Source: a virus. From it: 64,000 nt of DNA. The notes beneath the pieces were generated by a model, which did not search any database, was not told the origin of the DNA, and worked only from the letters and a program-made list of their open reading frames with translations. The position numbers were made by a program, and so were the translations under genes. Location of the stretch: positions 1 through 64,000 of the IMG/VR virus record IMGVR_UViG_3300022213_000237; one strand, written 5' to 3'. Below, one piece after another: positions 1 through 9,668 of the stretch; the stretch's first letter is position 1, and each line of letters begins with the position of its first letter.

Positions 1-43
1 TACTGGATGAGCCGGTTAAAAAACTACCGTTGTAAAGCGGCCT

Positions 44-49
44 AATCTT
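44..49 (+). promoter_or_regulatory. Putative late promoter element AATCTT (first of about 14 copies)
   Basis: YAATCT recurs immediately upstream of virion genes throughout the window; here 6 nt before ATG 56. Confidence 0.65.
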
Positions 50-55
50 GGTAGC

Positions 56-2512
56 ATGGAATCGCTACCTCCTGAAGATATTCAGCTGCATAAATCCTTA
101 AAAGGATACACCTTCGGTGAGCCACAACACGAGCCTGAGCTGGGCAGATACACAGTAAAGGCGTATTACGGAAATAATCGAGTAGGAGAGCTGTCATATG
201 CCGACAAGCCACACACTCTTGATTCCAAGCACCCACACGTAGGCTACCATTTAATTAAGGGCGCCGACGTACATCCATCGCATCGCGGCAATGGAGTGTA
301 TGGGCGATTGCTGCAAATCGCCGCCCTTCACGCCAAAAAGACTTTAAAATCTAAAGGTCTAGTTTCTCCCGGAAAATGGCGCTCGGAAGCCGCTGATGGT
401 GCCTGGGAGCGCTTGGCCAGTAAAGGTAAGGCTCGAGGAGTTGCTGGCTATGGTGACCCCGAGACCAAAGACTTTTTTATGTCCGAGGGACCTAGAGTCC
501 TTGGTTCAGGCGAGCTTAGACGCCTAGGTTATTACAACTCTCCTCATGGAGTCTTTCTGTCTGTGCCTATTAATCAGATTCATGGCTTAGATCCAGAACC
601 AAAGGATTGGGTAGACGATAAAGGCGCGGTGCAATCGTTTCAGGCCGGTAATGCTATTAAAACACCTATCGAGCTTCACGTACACCCTTCAGGTGGGTTC
701 ACCCTTTATGACGGCAACCATCGCTTAAAGCAGGCCCGTACTAATGGGCAGACCCATATCTCCGCCTTAGTGCATGACAAATCAAACAATTACGTCGCTT
801 TAAGCCAACAATATCAGCCGGCCCATCTTTTAAAGTCAGAAATGGCGAAGCATGATGGAACCGCCTTGGAACAGATGGGATATCAATTTAAGGTTTCCCA
901 CCTGAAAGATCGGACTGGAAATATTCACAATACTACTGTCAGCGTTACTCATCCCGATGCTTATAAGCTTCACGGCGATGATAAGGTAGGAGCAGTCGAT
1001 TTTGGTCATCATGGTGACAGTTTAGTAGCGGATCAAGTTTGGGTTCACGATGACCATCGAAACCAGGGCATTGCCAGACACATGTATCGTCTTGCGGCCC
1101 AAGCCACCGGTAAAGATATTAAGCCTTCGGAAACTCAAACACAAGCCGGATCTAATTTTTGGCTTCATAAAGGAGAAGAAACCTCTCCAGATAACATTCA
1201 ACACGAATGGGATATTGAGTTCAAACGCTGGCTGAAATCACGCCGTGAAGGTCGTAGCTATGTCCAATTTCATATGGACGTACATAAGGCTGAACAAGGT
1301 CTTAATAGCCTGCTGGGACGCGGCAATCTAAAAGATGCTCCATCGCCTAGTCACCACGATGTGGCTATGGCCATGAATGGATATGACCCCGAAAGCTCAC
1401 CCGAATTCGTGGCCGCCAGATTCCTGGCGGGTGGAAGTTTTGCGTCCGAAGAAGCAGTTCGCACCGCCATTATTCTCTATGACGATGATTTCGAGCTTGC
1501 GGCCCTCCGTACCTACGGCCTGCCCAGAAACGAGCACTATAGGGAATTGCTGCGTAATGCTATGGGACTCATGGGGCATTTGTCAAATGACGTCAAGAAA
1601 TCAGAAATCGACCCGGTAGCTATTCCGAGAGATATTCGAGCCGCTCTTCCTGAGGGGGAGAAACTTGCTGAAGTTGTGCGCAAAGCCCAGGTAGCTGGTA
1701 AAATACATGCGATCCAACTAGACCCCTCCGCTAAACACTCAAAAGGCACAGCCCTTGTTACCGACGTCGATACAGACGAAAAGTGGTTACTCAAGCCCGG
1801 AAGCGGGAAGTTAAGTCCTTCAGCTGGTGTTGCGGATGAGACTGCAGACCAATCGAATCGTGAAGTAGCTTTTACTAAAATTGCTGACGCCGTTGGGATG
1901 GGTCAATACTATCCAGAAGCGGAATTACTTATGATTGACGGCCAGCCCGTGGCATGTCTCAAATTGTTAGATACCGACTATAAAGGCATGGAGAAATTGC
2001 GTCAGGCTGACTCTGACTTCAAGGCCGCAGAATTTTTCAAGCCGTATCTTGAGAATGGAATCCTGTATCGTTGGGCACTTATTGACGGTGTATTAGGAAA
2101 CAGCGACCGACACGCCAACAATTTGATGGTCAATGAAGACGGCAACGACGTGAAGCTCATCGACCACGGCAGCGCCTTCGCGGGAATTCATTTTGACCCT
2201 GCTCACGACACCAAAAGCTTTATTCCGTTTTACTTGCGGGCCTGGAGTGAGGGTCAGCGTTGGAGCAAGATGTATCCTCAACAAAAAGAGGATGCGGTCC
2301 CACGGCTCAACGAGCAACAAGCTAAGGAGTTCGGTGAATGGGTTGATACCATCGACGAGAACCAACTCAAAGAAATCATGGTCAAGTATGGGTTGAATCC
2401 TAAGCCGGTTCTCGACCGTTTACAACGTATTAAAAGTGCTGATGTTTCTCGGCGCGCGGACGTGCTCATAGGCATGTGGGTTGGCGTCTACGATTGGTCC
2501 GCCTTGACCTAA
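56..2512 (+). CDS. Polyvalent protein: GNAT - ParB/Srx-like - GNAT - linker - PI3/4K/HipA-like kinase
   Basis: Acetyl-CoA motifs VHPSHRGNGV and VHDDHRNQGIA; ParB motif PIELH...LYDGNHRL; kinase motifs LLKP, NREVA, GNSDRHANN, LIDHG. Confidence 0.8.
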   Translation: MESLPPEDIQLHKSLKGYTFGEPQHEPELGRYTVKAYYGNNRVGELSYADKPHTLDSKHPHVGYHLIKGADVHPSHRGNGVYGRLLQIAALHAKKTLKSKGLVSPGKWRSEAADGAWERLASKGKARGVAGYGDPETKDFFMSEGPRVLGSGELRRLGYYNSPHGVFLSVPINQIHGLDPEPKDWVDDKGAVQSFQAGNAIKTPIELHVHPSGGFTLYDGNHRLKQARTNGQTHISALVHDKSNNYVALSQQYQPAHLLKSEMAKHDGTALEQMGYQFKVSHLKDRTGNIHNTTVSVTHPDAYKLHGDDKVGAVDFGHHGDSLVADQVWVHDDHRNQGIARHMYRLAAQATGKDIKPSETQTQAGSNFWLHKGEETSPDNIQHEWDIEFKRWLKSRREGRSYVQFHMDVHKAEQGLNSLLGRGNLKDAPSPSHHDVAMAMNGYDPESSPEFVAARFLAGGSFASEEAVRTAIILYDDDFELAALRTYGLPRNEHYRELLRNAMGLMGHLSNDVKKSEIDPVAIPRDIRAALPEGEKLAEVVRKAQVAGKIHAIQLDPSAKHSKGTALVTDVDTDEKWLLKPGSGKLSPSAGVADETADQSNREVAFTKIADAVGMGQYYPEAELLMIDGQPVACLKLLDTDYKGMEKLRQADSDFKAAEFFKPYLENGILYRWALIDGVLGNSDRHANNLMVNEDGNDVKLIDHGSAFAGIHFDPAHDTKSFIPFYLRAWSEGQRWSKMYPQQKEDAVPRLNEQQAKEFGEWVDTIDENQLKEIMVKYGLNPKPVLDRLQRIKSADVSRRADVLIGMWVGVYDWSALT

Positions 2513-2524
2513 TCTTAGGTGCAT

Positions 2525-2830
2525 ATGAATATTACGCCCGAACAAATCAAAGGGAAGCCTAAAAAAGTTGGAGACCTCGAAGACCGTCCGGTGGTTCAGG
2601 TGGAAACCAAAGGCGGCCTCTATCTACTTATGACCAAGAATGCGGCTGGGAAGCCAGTGACTCTTGGAGCGGGTAGCCATCCGGTGGTAGCCGCCCATAT
2701 CGCAGAACGTGACTTCCCGAAGCTGAACCTCACCGAACTTTCGAAGTCCGAACCTCTCGAACCTCAGGTTCTGCGTAATGAATTGGCTACGTGGGTGCCG
2801 TTCACGCGTCGCATGCAGTCGTTGGAGTAA
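2525..2830 (+). CDS. Hypothetical virion-associated protein
   Basis: ORF after AATCTT (2511); LSKSE motif; ATG 2525 preferred over GTG 2519. Confidence 0.55.
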   Translation: MNITPEQIKGKPKKVGDLEDRPVVQVETKGGLYLLMTKNAAGKPVTLGAGSHPVVAAHIAERDFPKLNLTELSKSEPLEPQVLRNELATWVPFTRRMQSLE

Positions 2831-2832
2831 AC

Positions 2833-3651
2833 GTGTCTAAGGGGCCATCAAATCCAATAAACATGACATTCAATCCGGATGTCGTGCACTTCGACCCCGA
2901 AGCCTTTGACCGGCTACTTTCCGGCAATGGTGTGGTGTTGGTGCATTGGAAGGCGATTAAGTGTCCTATCGGCATAATTGATCGTTTTGATGCCCGTAAT
3001 CACTCCGACCATGACTGCTCCAACGGATTTATTTACCGTGTGGCTGGTGAAGTCACGGCATTCTTTTCATCCAATAGTAGTAACACAAAATTAGATGAAA
3101 TGGGGTTTGTCACCGGGTCCACGAGTATGGTTTCGTTGCCCCGTACATACGATAACTCCGAAGAAGAGATAGCGGTCCAGCATTTCGACAGATTTTATTT
3201 AAAAGAGTTTAAGGGGTTTTCTGTCAATTCACAGCTTATCGAAGCAAGTATCACCGGCCTCGACCGCCTCACTTACCAGGCGACTAAAATCGAACACATT
3301 GTGGACCGAAACAATATCTGGTACTCGGCCAACGACTACGTTATTGAAAACGGTGGGGTACGGTGGACGGGCTCGCGTCGTCCACAATACGATCCGGCAA
3401 CAAATACTGGGACCGTGTATTCGATTCGATATCGTTATGTTCCGTTCTGGTACGTAGACAATATCGTCCACGAAGTGAGAGTCGCTAGAGTCTATAATCA
3501 CGCTAAAGAACAAGAAGAGGTTGTACGTCTTCCTTATGCTATTCTCTTACAGCGAGAATACATTTTCGAAAACGAAGAGCGTAAAATGGATGGCACTTCG
3601 GATCCTCGCGACGTACGCGCCCCCAGAACAGGTTCATTTGGTCCACGTTAA
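2833..3651 (+). CDS. Putative neck/head-tail connector protein
   Basis: HWKAIKCP...C..GFIY pattern resembling SPO1/Twort-like neck proteins; GGAG before GTG 2833; position upstream of sheath. Confidence 0.5.
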   Translation: MSKGPSNPINMTFNPDVVHFDPEAFDRLLSGNGVVLVHWKAIKCPIGIIDRFDARNHSDHDCSNGFIYRVAGEVTAFFSSNSSNTKLDEMGFVTGSTSMVSLPRTYDNSEEEIAVQHFDRFYLKEFKGFSVNSQLIEASITGLDRLTYQATKIEHIVDRNNIWYSANDYVIENGGVRWTGSRRPQYDPATNTGTVYSIRYRYVPFWYVDNIVHEVRVARVYNHAKEQEEVVRLPYAILLQREYIFENEERKMDGTSDPRDVRAPRTGSFGPR

Positions 3652-4436
3652 TGTCCTCTCCAGCTTCCATATCTTTTCTGAAGTATGTACTCGGTGACGA
3701 CGGCCACAAGGCTTTCGAGAACGCCAACCACCGATTACCTACTCTTGGCGCCGCGCTAGCACCTAGGACAGTAATTAGCTGGTTGAATACGGCTGTGATG
3801 TCCACTTATGAGGGCGAAATTCCCGGCCTGACCAATAGTTATATCACACTCAACAAGAGTGAGGACGGAACCTTTAGTGGGGCCATTACCGTTGATGATT
3901 CAGTACATTCTTTTACTTCGGCTGACCTGCTTCATGTAGCTGCCGCAGTGACTCTGTCTTTGGGTTTGGGTGATTTACAAATAGACCCGCAAGTTAAATC
4001 CACGGACATAAGCAAACTGGGCAAATCCATCGATATGCTCGTGAAGGCTCGCATCGTGGCCCGAACCGTATTTGAGACCCTTAAGAAGCCGATGGAAAAA
4101 GTCGAGACTCCAGGCTCTGCCGCAGCACCGAAAGAACCTAAGGGCTTTCAAGCTCCTCAGCCACCAACTTCGGTTACGCCCAATACGAATCAAACTGTAA
4201 AGCCACCGATGGTGAAGAAAGAATTGATTATCAAGAAGAGTGAGGCTCATCACGAGTGCCCCGAATGCGGGCTTCGTCAATTCAGAAACGATCGTTTTGT
4301 TGGGTGCCTGTGTTTGCGTTTTTTATCTAAAAATACTACCTCCATAGTGACTCCAGACGGCGACTACAGACTTAAATTGGGTCGTGAATGGGATCAAGAG
4401 TCGGTGGTAATACTAATGGATTCTCTGAGGAAATAA
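3651..4436 (+). CDS. Hypothetical virion protein with C-terminal Zn ribbon
   Basis: CPECG...CLC; Pro-rich linker; TAATG overlap with upstream gene. Confidence 0.55.
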   Translation: MSSPASISFLKYVLGDDGHKAFENANHRLPTLGAALAPRTVISWLNTAVMSTYEGEIPGLTNSYITLNKSEDGTFSGAITVDDSVHSFTSADLLHVAAAVTLSLGLGDLQIDPQVKSTDISKLGKSIDMLVKARIVARTVFETLKKPMEKVETPGSAAAPKEPKGFQAPQPPTSVTPNTNQTVKPPMVKKELIIKKSEAHHECPECGLRQFRNDRFVGCLCLRFLSKNTTSIVTPDGDYRLKLGREWDQESVVILMDSLRK

Positions 4437-4439
4437 ATC

Positions 4440-4826
4440 ATGGCTACGATGCACAAATGGCTAGGCCGCAACATACTCAAAGAAAGTGACGCCACCGGCT
4501 TGGAGAGAGATAGCTCCGCCCACGAGTTTGGTGCCGCACGCCTAGAACGAAAGGCCGCAGAAGAAGCTGCTTATAAAAATTATGAGCGCAAACATCACCG
4601 TGCCGCAGCTCAGCATCATCTTCAGTATATGCGGGCGGCTCGGAACTCCGGTTCTCATGATGTCGCCGAACAACACACCGCCTTGTTTGATTTACATATG
4701 AAGGCTTTGGGTGAACGCCCTGGTTCGACCGCAGTTAGTACGGAAAGTAGTGGCCCAGGAAAAGTCGACAAATTCCATTCACACCCCGCTGACCAACTTT
4801 TAGTCTCGCGTCAGAAGGGGGAGTAA
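4440..4826 (+). CDS. His/Ala-rich hypothetical protein
   Basis: GAGG RBS, operon context. Confidence 0.55.
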   Translation: MATMHKWLGRNILKESDATGLERDSSAHEFGAARLERKAAEEAAYKNYERKHHRAAAQHHLQYMRAARNSGSHDVAEQHTALFDLHMKALGERPGSTAVSTESSGPGKVDKFHSHPADQLLVSRQKGE

Positions 4827-5087
4827 GTGGAAGAGAAAGACGACAGCAATCAACGTTTTTCCGTAACCATAGAAGACTGTAAACGTTGGACCGAACGTTT
4901 ACAGCGAATGGCGAAGACGTTGGAAAAACGTCAAGACGAGAAAGATAGCGAAGAGTACGCGGATGGTATCAAGCTCTTCTACACAGCCAGCGTGTTGATG
5001 CAACGTCTACAGTATGAAATTCAGCAAGATGCTATGTTCTCGTCGGTGCCGCAACCATTCGGCCCTGTCACCGTTGGCGAGTCGTAA
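4827..5087 (+). CDS. Hypothetical protein
   Basis: GGGGAG RBS, abuts upstream stop. Confidence 0.5.
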   Translation: MEEKDDSNQRFSVTIEDCKRWTERLQRMAKTLEKRQDEKDSEEYADGIKLFYTASVLMQRLQYEIQQDAMFSSVPQPFGPVTVGES

Positions 5088-5146
5088 TTAAGGTCTTCCG
5101 ACCGCAATCTTGATGGAGATTTTATCTCTTTAAGAGGCTACCGCCA

Positions 5147-6988
5147 ATGAAAGTCTTTGTTTCCTGGAGTGTCGACCAAATCGAGGGCCTCATTGCCACG
5201 TCGTTGATGAGCGATAACGTTGAAGAACTTCGTCAATTATCGCAAGACCTTAAGCACGCCGCCGATAATCTAAAAGCTTGGTCCATGGCTGTTGGCGGAG
5301 CCCCCATTCTTGACCTTGGTACTTCGGGTGCTGTGGAGGTCCCAGCAGATAGAATGACAGAGTTGCCTGCAATTGCTGAGAAATTTGCTGCCGGCGCAGA
5401 TGCCACACTGTCTGTGGGTGTGGGCATGACGCTGTCCGAAAGTTATACGGCCATGCGTTTTAGTCACCTCAAGGGCGGTGACCAGATTTCTTTGTATCAA
5501 CAGGAAATGGAGCATTTTGTCTCTGGTGCAGATCAGCAATCTGAAGACCCACTCATGGAGTTGGGTAAGTCAGGAAAAGAAGGACAAGAACAACCAGTCG
5601 GTTTTGCTGACGGCCCCGAGGACGAAGCGCCAGGCGACGGTGGACCACAACACGGCGGCGCCAATCCGGCTGAAGGTAATTCCCCTGTCGGTTCTGTACC
5701 AGATGATTCCGCAGATCCAGGCAGCGTCTCCTTTGACCCCGGTTCGCAAGATGCTGCCAATGGCGGCGAAGAACAACCCGGCGAGCAATCCGGCGACCCG
5801 CGCGGCGCCGTGGTGCAGGCGTTACAACAAATCAAAGCCCAGGCCCCAGTTCTCGAGCAAATGCGACAAACTAATCCCGACGCTTTTGAGGCGGTAAAGG
5901 CTGTTGTGGATGCTATGATTGCCATGGCTCAGGGCATGGCGATGGAAGACAATTCTGACGAAGGCGAAGATACAGCTAAGTCGGAATCCATCGGTAAACT
6001 TCCACAAGACCTCGAAGACGATATGTCTCTTCTTGGTGACGAGAAAGCGTGGATGAAGGCGGTTACCACACCGGGAGCCAAGGTAAAGCATGAGCATCTT
6101 GGTTTCGTCGGAACTTTAGTTCGGCCCGCAAAGAATCCAATTAACGGAACCGGTGCAGACCACATGGGGCTAGTCGAGCACGATCTCGGTGGCCAGAAAG
6201 TCCAGCGCTGGTACCCTGCCACGCATTTGAGTCCGCATAGCGATTTAGAGGTTGCGAAGTCTGAAACCTATTATTCGGACGGCGGGCCTCCCGTAACTTT
6301 AGGTAAAACAGATTTACCGGGTGGAGCAGCAGCACCAAAAGCGGCGGCAATGCCAAGCGCTCCACAACCCAGCAAGGCTGCCGCACTTCCTAAAATGGGA
6401 GCCACGGGTGCGCCCCAACTTCACGACAGTGTCGAAGGTTTTATGGGCGGACTGAAGGCCATTCCAAAAGAAAATACGGCTGCACGCGGCAAGTTTTTGA
6501 CCGCACACGCCAACCACGCTCCGTTCCAGACAGCTTTAAGTGCACACCCTCAAGGCGCCCAGGTTCGTGGTATGATGGACAAATTTCTTAACTCCAAAGC
6601 CAATGCGGGCGTGAAGCCAGGAGCGACAGTAACTACGGCTAAAAGTGAATTTGCTAAGGATTTGATGCCAGGGGGAAAGGGAGATAATCTACCTGATTCT
6701 GATTTTGACCCTAAAGACCTTAAAACAGGTCAAGATAAAGAAGAATCTGAACACGGCTTAGACCCTAAAAGAGCTAAAGAAGTCGCTAAAGACCATCTTG
6801 TTGAAAAACCCGACACTTATAAGCAAGAGTGGGCTGTCGGTACACAAAAAGAAGGCAAGATTAAAGTCGAAACCCATGACCCAGTTACTGGCGCCAGCAC
6901 CGGAAAAAAATGGAGATCTGTTCGTGCCGGACAAATAATGGCTGAGGACGGCTCTGCTGTTTCTAGCCGAAATCCTGGGGTTAAATAA
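5147..6988 (+). CDS. Multidomain protein: degenerate mCpol-like domain, low-complexity linkers, DUF5661-like module
   Basis: N-terminus follows the mCpol pattern (S.NVEELRQLS...GG.PI...TLSVGVG.TLSESY.AM.F...KG..QI) without DGD/GGD; GG..D...FDP..L..G...E.EH.....AKEVAKDHL.E.PD.Y near the C-terminus. Confidence 0.65.
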   Translation: MKVFVSWSVDQIEGLIATSLMSDNVEELRQLSQDLKHAADNLKAWSMAVGGAPILDLGTSGAVEVPADRMTELPAIAEKFAAGADATLSVGVGMTLSESYTAMRFSHLKGGDQISLYQQEMEHFVSGADQQSEDPLMELGKSGKEGQEQPVGFADGPEDEAPGDGGPQHGGANPAEGNSPVGSVPDDSADPGSVSFDPGSQDAANGGEEQPGEQSGDPRGAVVQALQQIKAQAPVLEQMRQTNPDAFEAVKAVVDAMIAMAQGMAMEDNSDEGEDTAKSESIGKLPQDLEDDMSLLGDEKAWMKAVTTPGAKVKHEHLGFVGTLVRPAKNPINGTGADHMGLVEHDLGGQKVQRWYPATHLSPHSDLEVAKSETYYSDGGPPVTLGKTDLPGGAAAPKAAAMPSAPQPSKAAALPKMGATGAPQLHDSVEGFMGGLKAIPKENTAARGKFLTAHANHAPFQTALSAHPQGAQVRGMMDKFLNSKANAGVKPGATVTTAKSEFAKDLMPGGKGDNLPDSDFDPKDLKTGQDKEESEHGLDPKRAKEVAKDHLVEKPDTYKQEWAVGTQKEGKIKVETHDPVTGASTGKKWRSVRAGQIMAEDGSAVSSRNPGVK

Positions 6989-7866
6989 TGGCTGATGAAT
7001 TCAGCTTAGTGCTGGATCTCAAACCAATTATCCAGCTGTCGAAGGACATGACGCAAGAGCTTCAGAAGAAGCTTGAAGTCGCGGCTCGTAACCTATCTCT
7101 ACAAGCACACGCGCACGTGAAAGAACGAGCGGCAGCGACTCTTCATACACGTCTCGAGATGTTTAACGACAACCTCGAATACGAGCAAATTGATAAAAGC
7201 ACGTACGCTGTGGTAGTGAAACAGAAGGGACGCTGGATCGAAGATGGTATGGAGCCGCATGCCATGCTAGATGACCTGCTTTCAAGCCCTAAGGCAAAAC
7301 GCTCGAAAGACGGTGGTAAATATTTAGTTGTTCCCTTCAAACACAATAAGGGTCCCACCAAGACTACGCCCGCGCAGAAAAACCTTCTAGGTGCTCTTAA
7401 GAAAGAATTAAAAGCTCAGAAAATCCCTTACGGGCAGATTGAGCGCAACCCCGATGGTTCTCCAAAGACGGGGCTACTTCATAAATTTGACTTAAATGCA
7501 CCAAATCGCAATCGACCAGGCGCAGGCCAACAAGGAGCTGTAGGTCATGCTACGGCCACGCATTCGCCGCATGGCGTCGGTGAGCACGGACCCGAGGGCC
7601 GACCTTATCTTTGGGGTGTTCGCATTTACCAGCACCTCAAGAAGAATCCCGACGGCAGCGTAAAGACGGACAAAAAGGGTAATGCTCAAGCCAGCAGAGA
7701 GATTTTTACTTTCCGTGTAGCCTCATCTAAGCAACAGGGTAATAAGTGGTTTCATCCCGGCTTGGCCCCAGCTCATCTTCTCGACGAAGCCTATGAGTGG
7801 GCAAAACGAACCTGGGATGAACAAATAGCTCCAGAACTGCTTCTAGGCTTTGGCGAAAACAAGTAG
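6988..7866 (+). CDS. Putative neck/tail-completion virion protein
   Basis: YLVVPF...FRVAS...W.HPG pattern as in Twort/SPO1-like virion proteins; synteny. Confidence 0.5.
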   Translation: MADEFSLVLDLKPIIQLSKDMTQELQKKLEVAARNLSLQAHAHVKERAAATLHTRLEMFNDNLEYEQIDKSTYAVVVKQKGRWIEDGMEPHAMLDDLLSSPKAKRSKDGGKYLVVPFKHNKGPTKTTPAQKNLLGALKKELKAQKIPYGQIERNPDGSPKTGLLHKFDLNAPNRNRPGAGQQGAVGHATATHSPHGVGEHGPEGRPYLWGVRIYQHLKKNPDGSVKTDKKGNAQASREIFTFRVASSKQQGNKWFHPGLAPAHLLDEAYEWAKRTWDEQIAPELLLGFGENK

Positions 7867-7910
7867 AGAGCTTGACATCCTTGGATCTTATACGGTATAA
7901 GCTAAATGCT

Positions 7911-8228
7911 ATGTACGCGGCCACGATCTCAAGCTACACACTTAACATGCGGTACTGGTGGATTGCCATGTTTGCGGTCACGCTCCAAGCCTTTGATGCC
8001 TGGGCTACTTTGACCGAAATTGCGTGCGGAGCCGCCACCGAAGCCAACCCCATCATGGCCCACAGCTTGCCCACATTTTTTGCCATGAAAATACTGGCCA
8101 CGGGATGGATCGCTCTATTGGCTGTGAATAGCTGGCATAAATGGGCACGTGCAGGGCTCTGGATTGTAATGTTGGTTTACAGTCTAGTCGCTATATACCA
8201 CATCTGGGGACTTACCCACTGTTTATAG
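7911..8228 (+). CDS. DUF5658-like small membrane protein
   Basis: D..AT......A.EANPIM motif and hydrophobic helices; own TTGACA(7872)-18-TATAAG promoter. Confidence 0.6.
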   Translation: MYAATISSYTLNMRYWWIAMFAVTLQAFDAWATLTEIACGAATEANPIMAHSLPTFFAMKILATGWIALLAVNSWHKWARAGLWIVMLVYSLVAIYHIWGLTHCL

Positions 8229-8564
8229 CGGTACGATTCGTAGTTCGCCGTCTCCGACTTGCGCAAGCTGCATCCCGCCAGTATTCAGAAGCATGTTAAC
8301 GAGTGTGAGTGCAACATTAAGACAGTCGTTGGCCGAGGCCCTGTCTTGTGGATGTTGGGCGTCAAAAACTTCACACCGTTCCTGTAGTACGTTTACTAAG
8401 GCGAGAGCAGATTCCCTAGTCCATTCCGCTCTGTAGCCGGTGGGCTCGAGGCCCATGGCTAGTTGTTCTCGTAATCGGTCAATGTCCGATGCCGCCTTCT
8501 CCAAGCGATTCTTTTGTTCGTCGGCTGCGGCTGCAAAAGCATTACATAGTTCTTCTGGTGTCAT
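8223..8564 (-). CDS. Hypothetical protein
   Basis: GAGG RBS; GATC-class motif at 8598. Confidence 0.55.
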   Translation of the reverse strand: MTPEELCNAFAAAADEQKNRLEKAASDIDRLREQLAMGLEPTGYRAEWTRESALALVNVLQERCEVFDAQHPQDRASANDCLNVALTLVNMLLNTGGMQLAQVGDGELRIVPL

Positions 8565-8625
8565 TTATCAAGCCTCTAAGAAACTTAGTAGCTGCTCGAT
8601 CTTACAGCCTTAATCTTTTGGGAGT

Positions 8626-9621
8626 ATGATTCGAACGGGAACAAATGGCGTCTTCCAGAGTGATGTCCTCATTCGCGCCGCCATTATTGCCGGTATAGAC
8701 GAGATTAGACAGAAGCCGTGGCTGCTTGATTACGTCTTTTCTTGGTTACCGAACGATCCGTTAACATCAAAAACGTACGGGGCGAAAGAATTACAAGAAG
8801 CCAAAAATTGGTTCCTGTCGACCGAAGTAGCGGTTGTAATGGCCTATCGTACAGACCAACCTCAATTGCCGTGCATTGGAATCGAGCTAGTTGAGTCCAC
8901 AGAAGCTCATGCTACCATAGGCGACGTACATTACGAGACTTCAGAAGACGTTGCCGCGAACGAGGTAGCTATTGAGCCCGACAAAATCGTAGGCCCATTT
9001 ACCCCCAAAGCTTACGATATCGAAACGGGTATTGTAACTATGCCCGATAATCAGTCGACGGCCAAAGTTTTTGCCGGCATGTATATTTTTGATACGGTAG
9101 CAAATAGAGGGTATCAGATTTCGGAAGTTCTGTCCGACCAGACCTTTAAACTCGACGACGGGACTAAAGCCAATTTTACGAATTGCTATATAGCTGGGCG
9201 TGATGCGTTCTGGACCATACCTCTATACAGTATGGTTTTTCGCGAAAGCTACCGCATGCGGTGTTTCGTTACTGCTAGTCCCATACATTTGAGTTTTCTC
9301 TACTCCGTATTGTTGTTCGTGTTGATGCGCGGAAAGAAAGACCTCCTTGAAGCCAGAGGATTTGAAAACTTTACCATAGCTGGTTCTGGGTTTGCTGGCG
9401 CACAAATGCCCAATAATCCTGAGATGATCTTCACGAGAGACATTACGGTTACTGGCATTGTGCGTCAATATTGGCCAGGTAATCCGGGACGTAAGCTTGA
9501 TGGAATCCTGGTGGATTCGTCAATTATGGATAGTGGTAAATCGCCGAATGGTATAGCGGAATTCGTTTCCGAACAAGGTTGGGAATTGGAAGATGATCAA
9601 TTTGGAGCCCTTAGGGAATAA
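8626..9621 (+). CDS. Putative tail terminator/completion protein
   Basis: LPCIGI...E....IGD pattern, late motif at 8612, position two genes before the sheath. Confidence 0.5.
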   Translation: MIRTGTNGVFQSDVLIRAAIIAGIDEIRQKPWLLDYVFSWLPNDPLTSKTYGAKELQEAKNWFLSTEVAVVMAYRTDQPQLPCIGIELVESTEAHATIGDVHYETSEDVAANEVAIEPDKIVGPFTPKAYDIETGIVTMPDNQSTAKVFAGMYIFDTVANRGYQISEVLSDQTFKLDDGTKANFTNCYIAGRDAFWTIPLYSMVFRESYRMRCFVTASPIHLSFLYSVLLFVLMRGKKDLLEARGFENFTIAGSGFAGAQMPNNPEMIFTRDITVTGIVRQYWPGNPGRKLDGILVDSSIMDSGKSPNGIAEFVSEQGWELEDDQFGALRE

Positions 9622-9668
9622 GCGCGCCAGAGCCCCAATCTTGGAAAAGAGTTTTAGGAGAATACTTC

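Noticed and set aside
5147-5497. Active cyclic-nucleotide synthase
   Set aside because: Both acidic catalytic motifs are substituted; reported as degenerate instead
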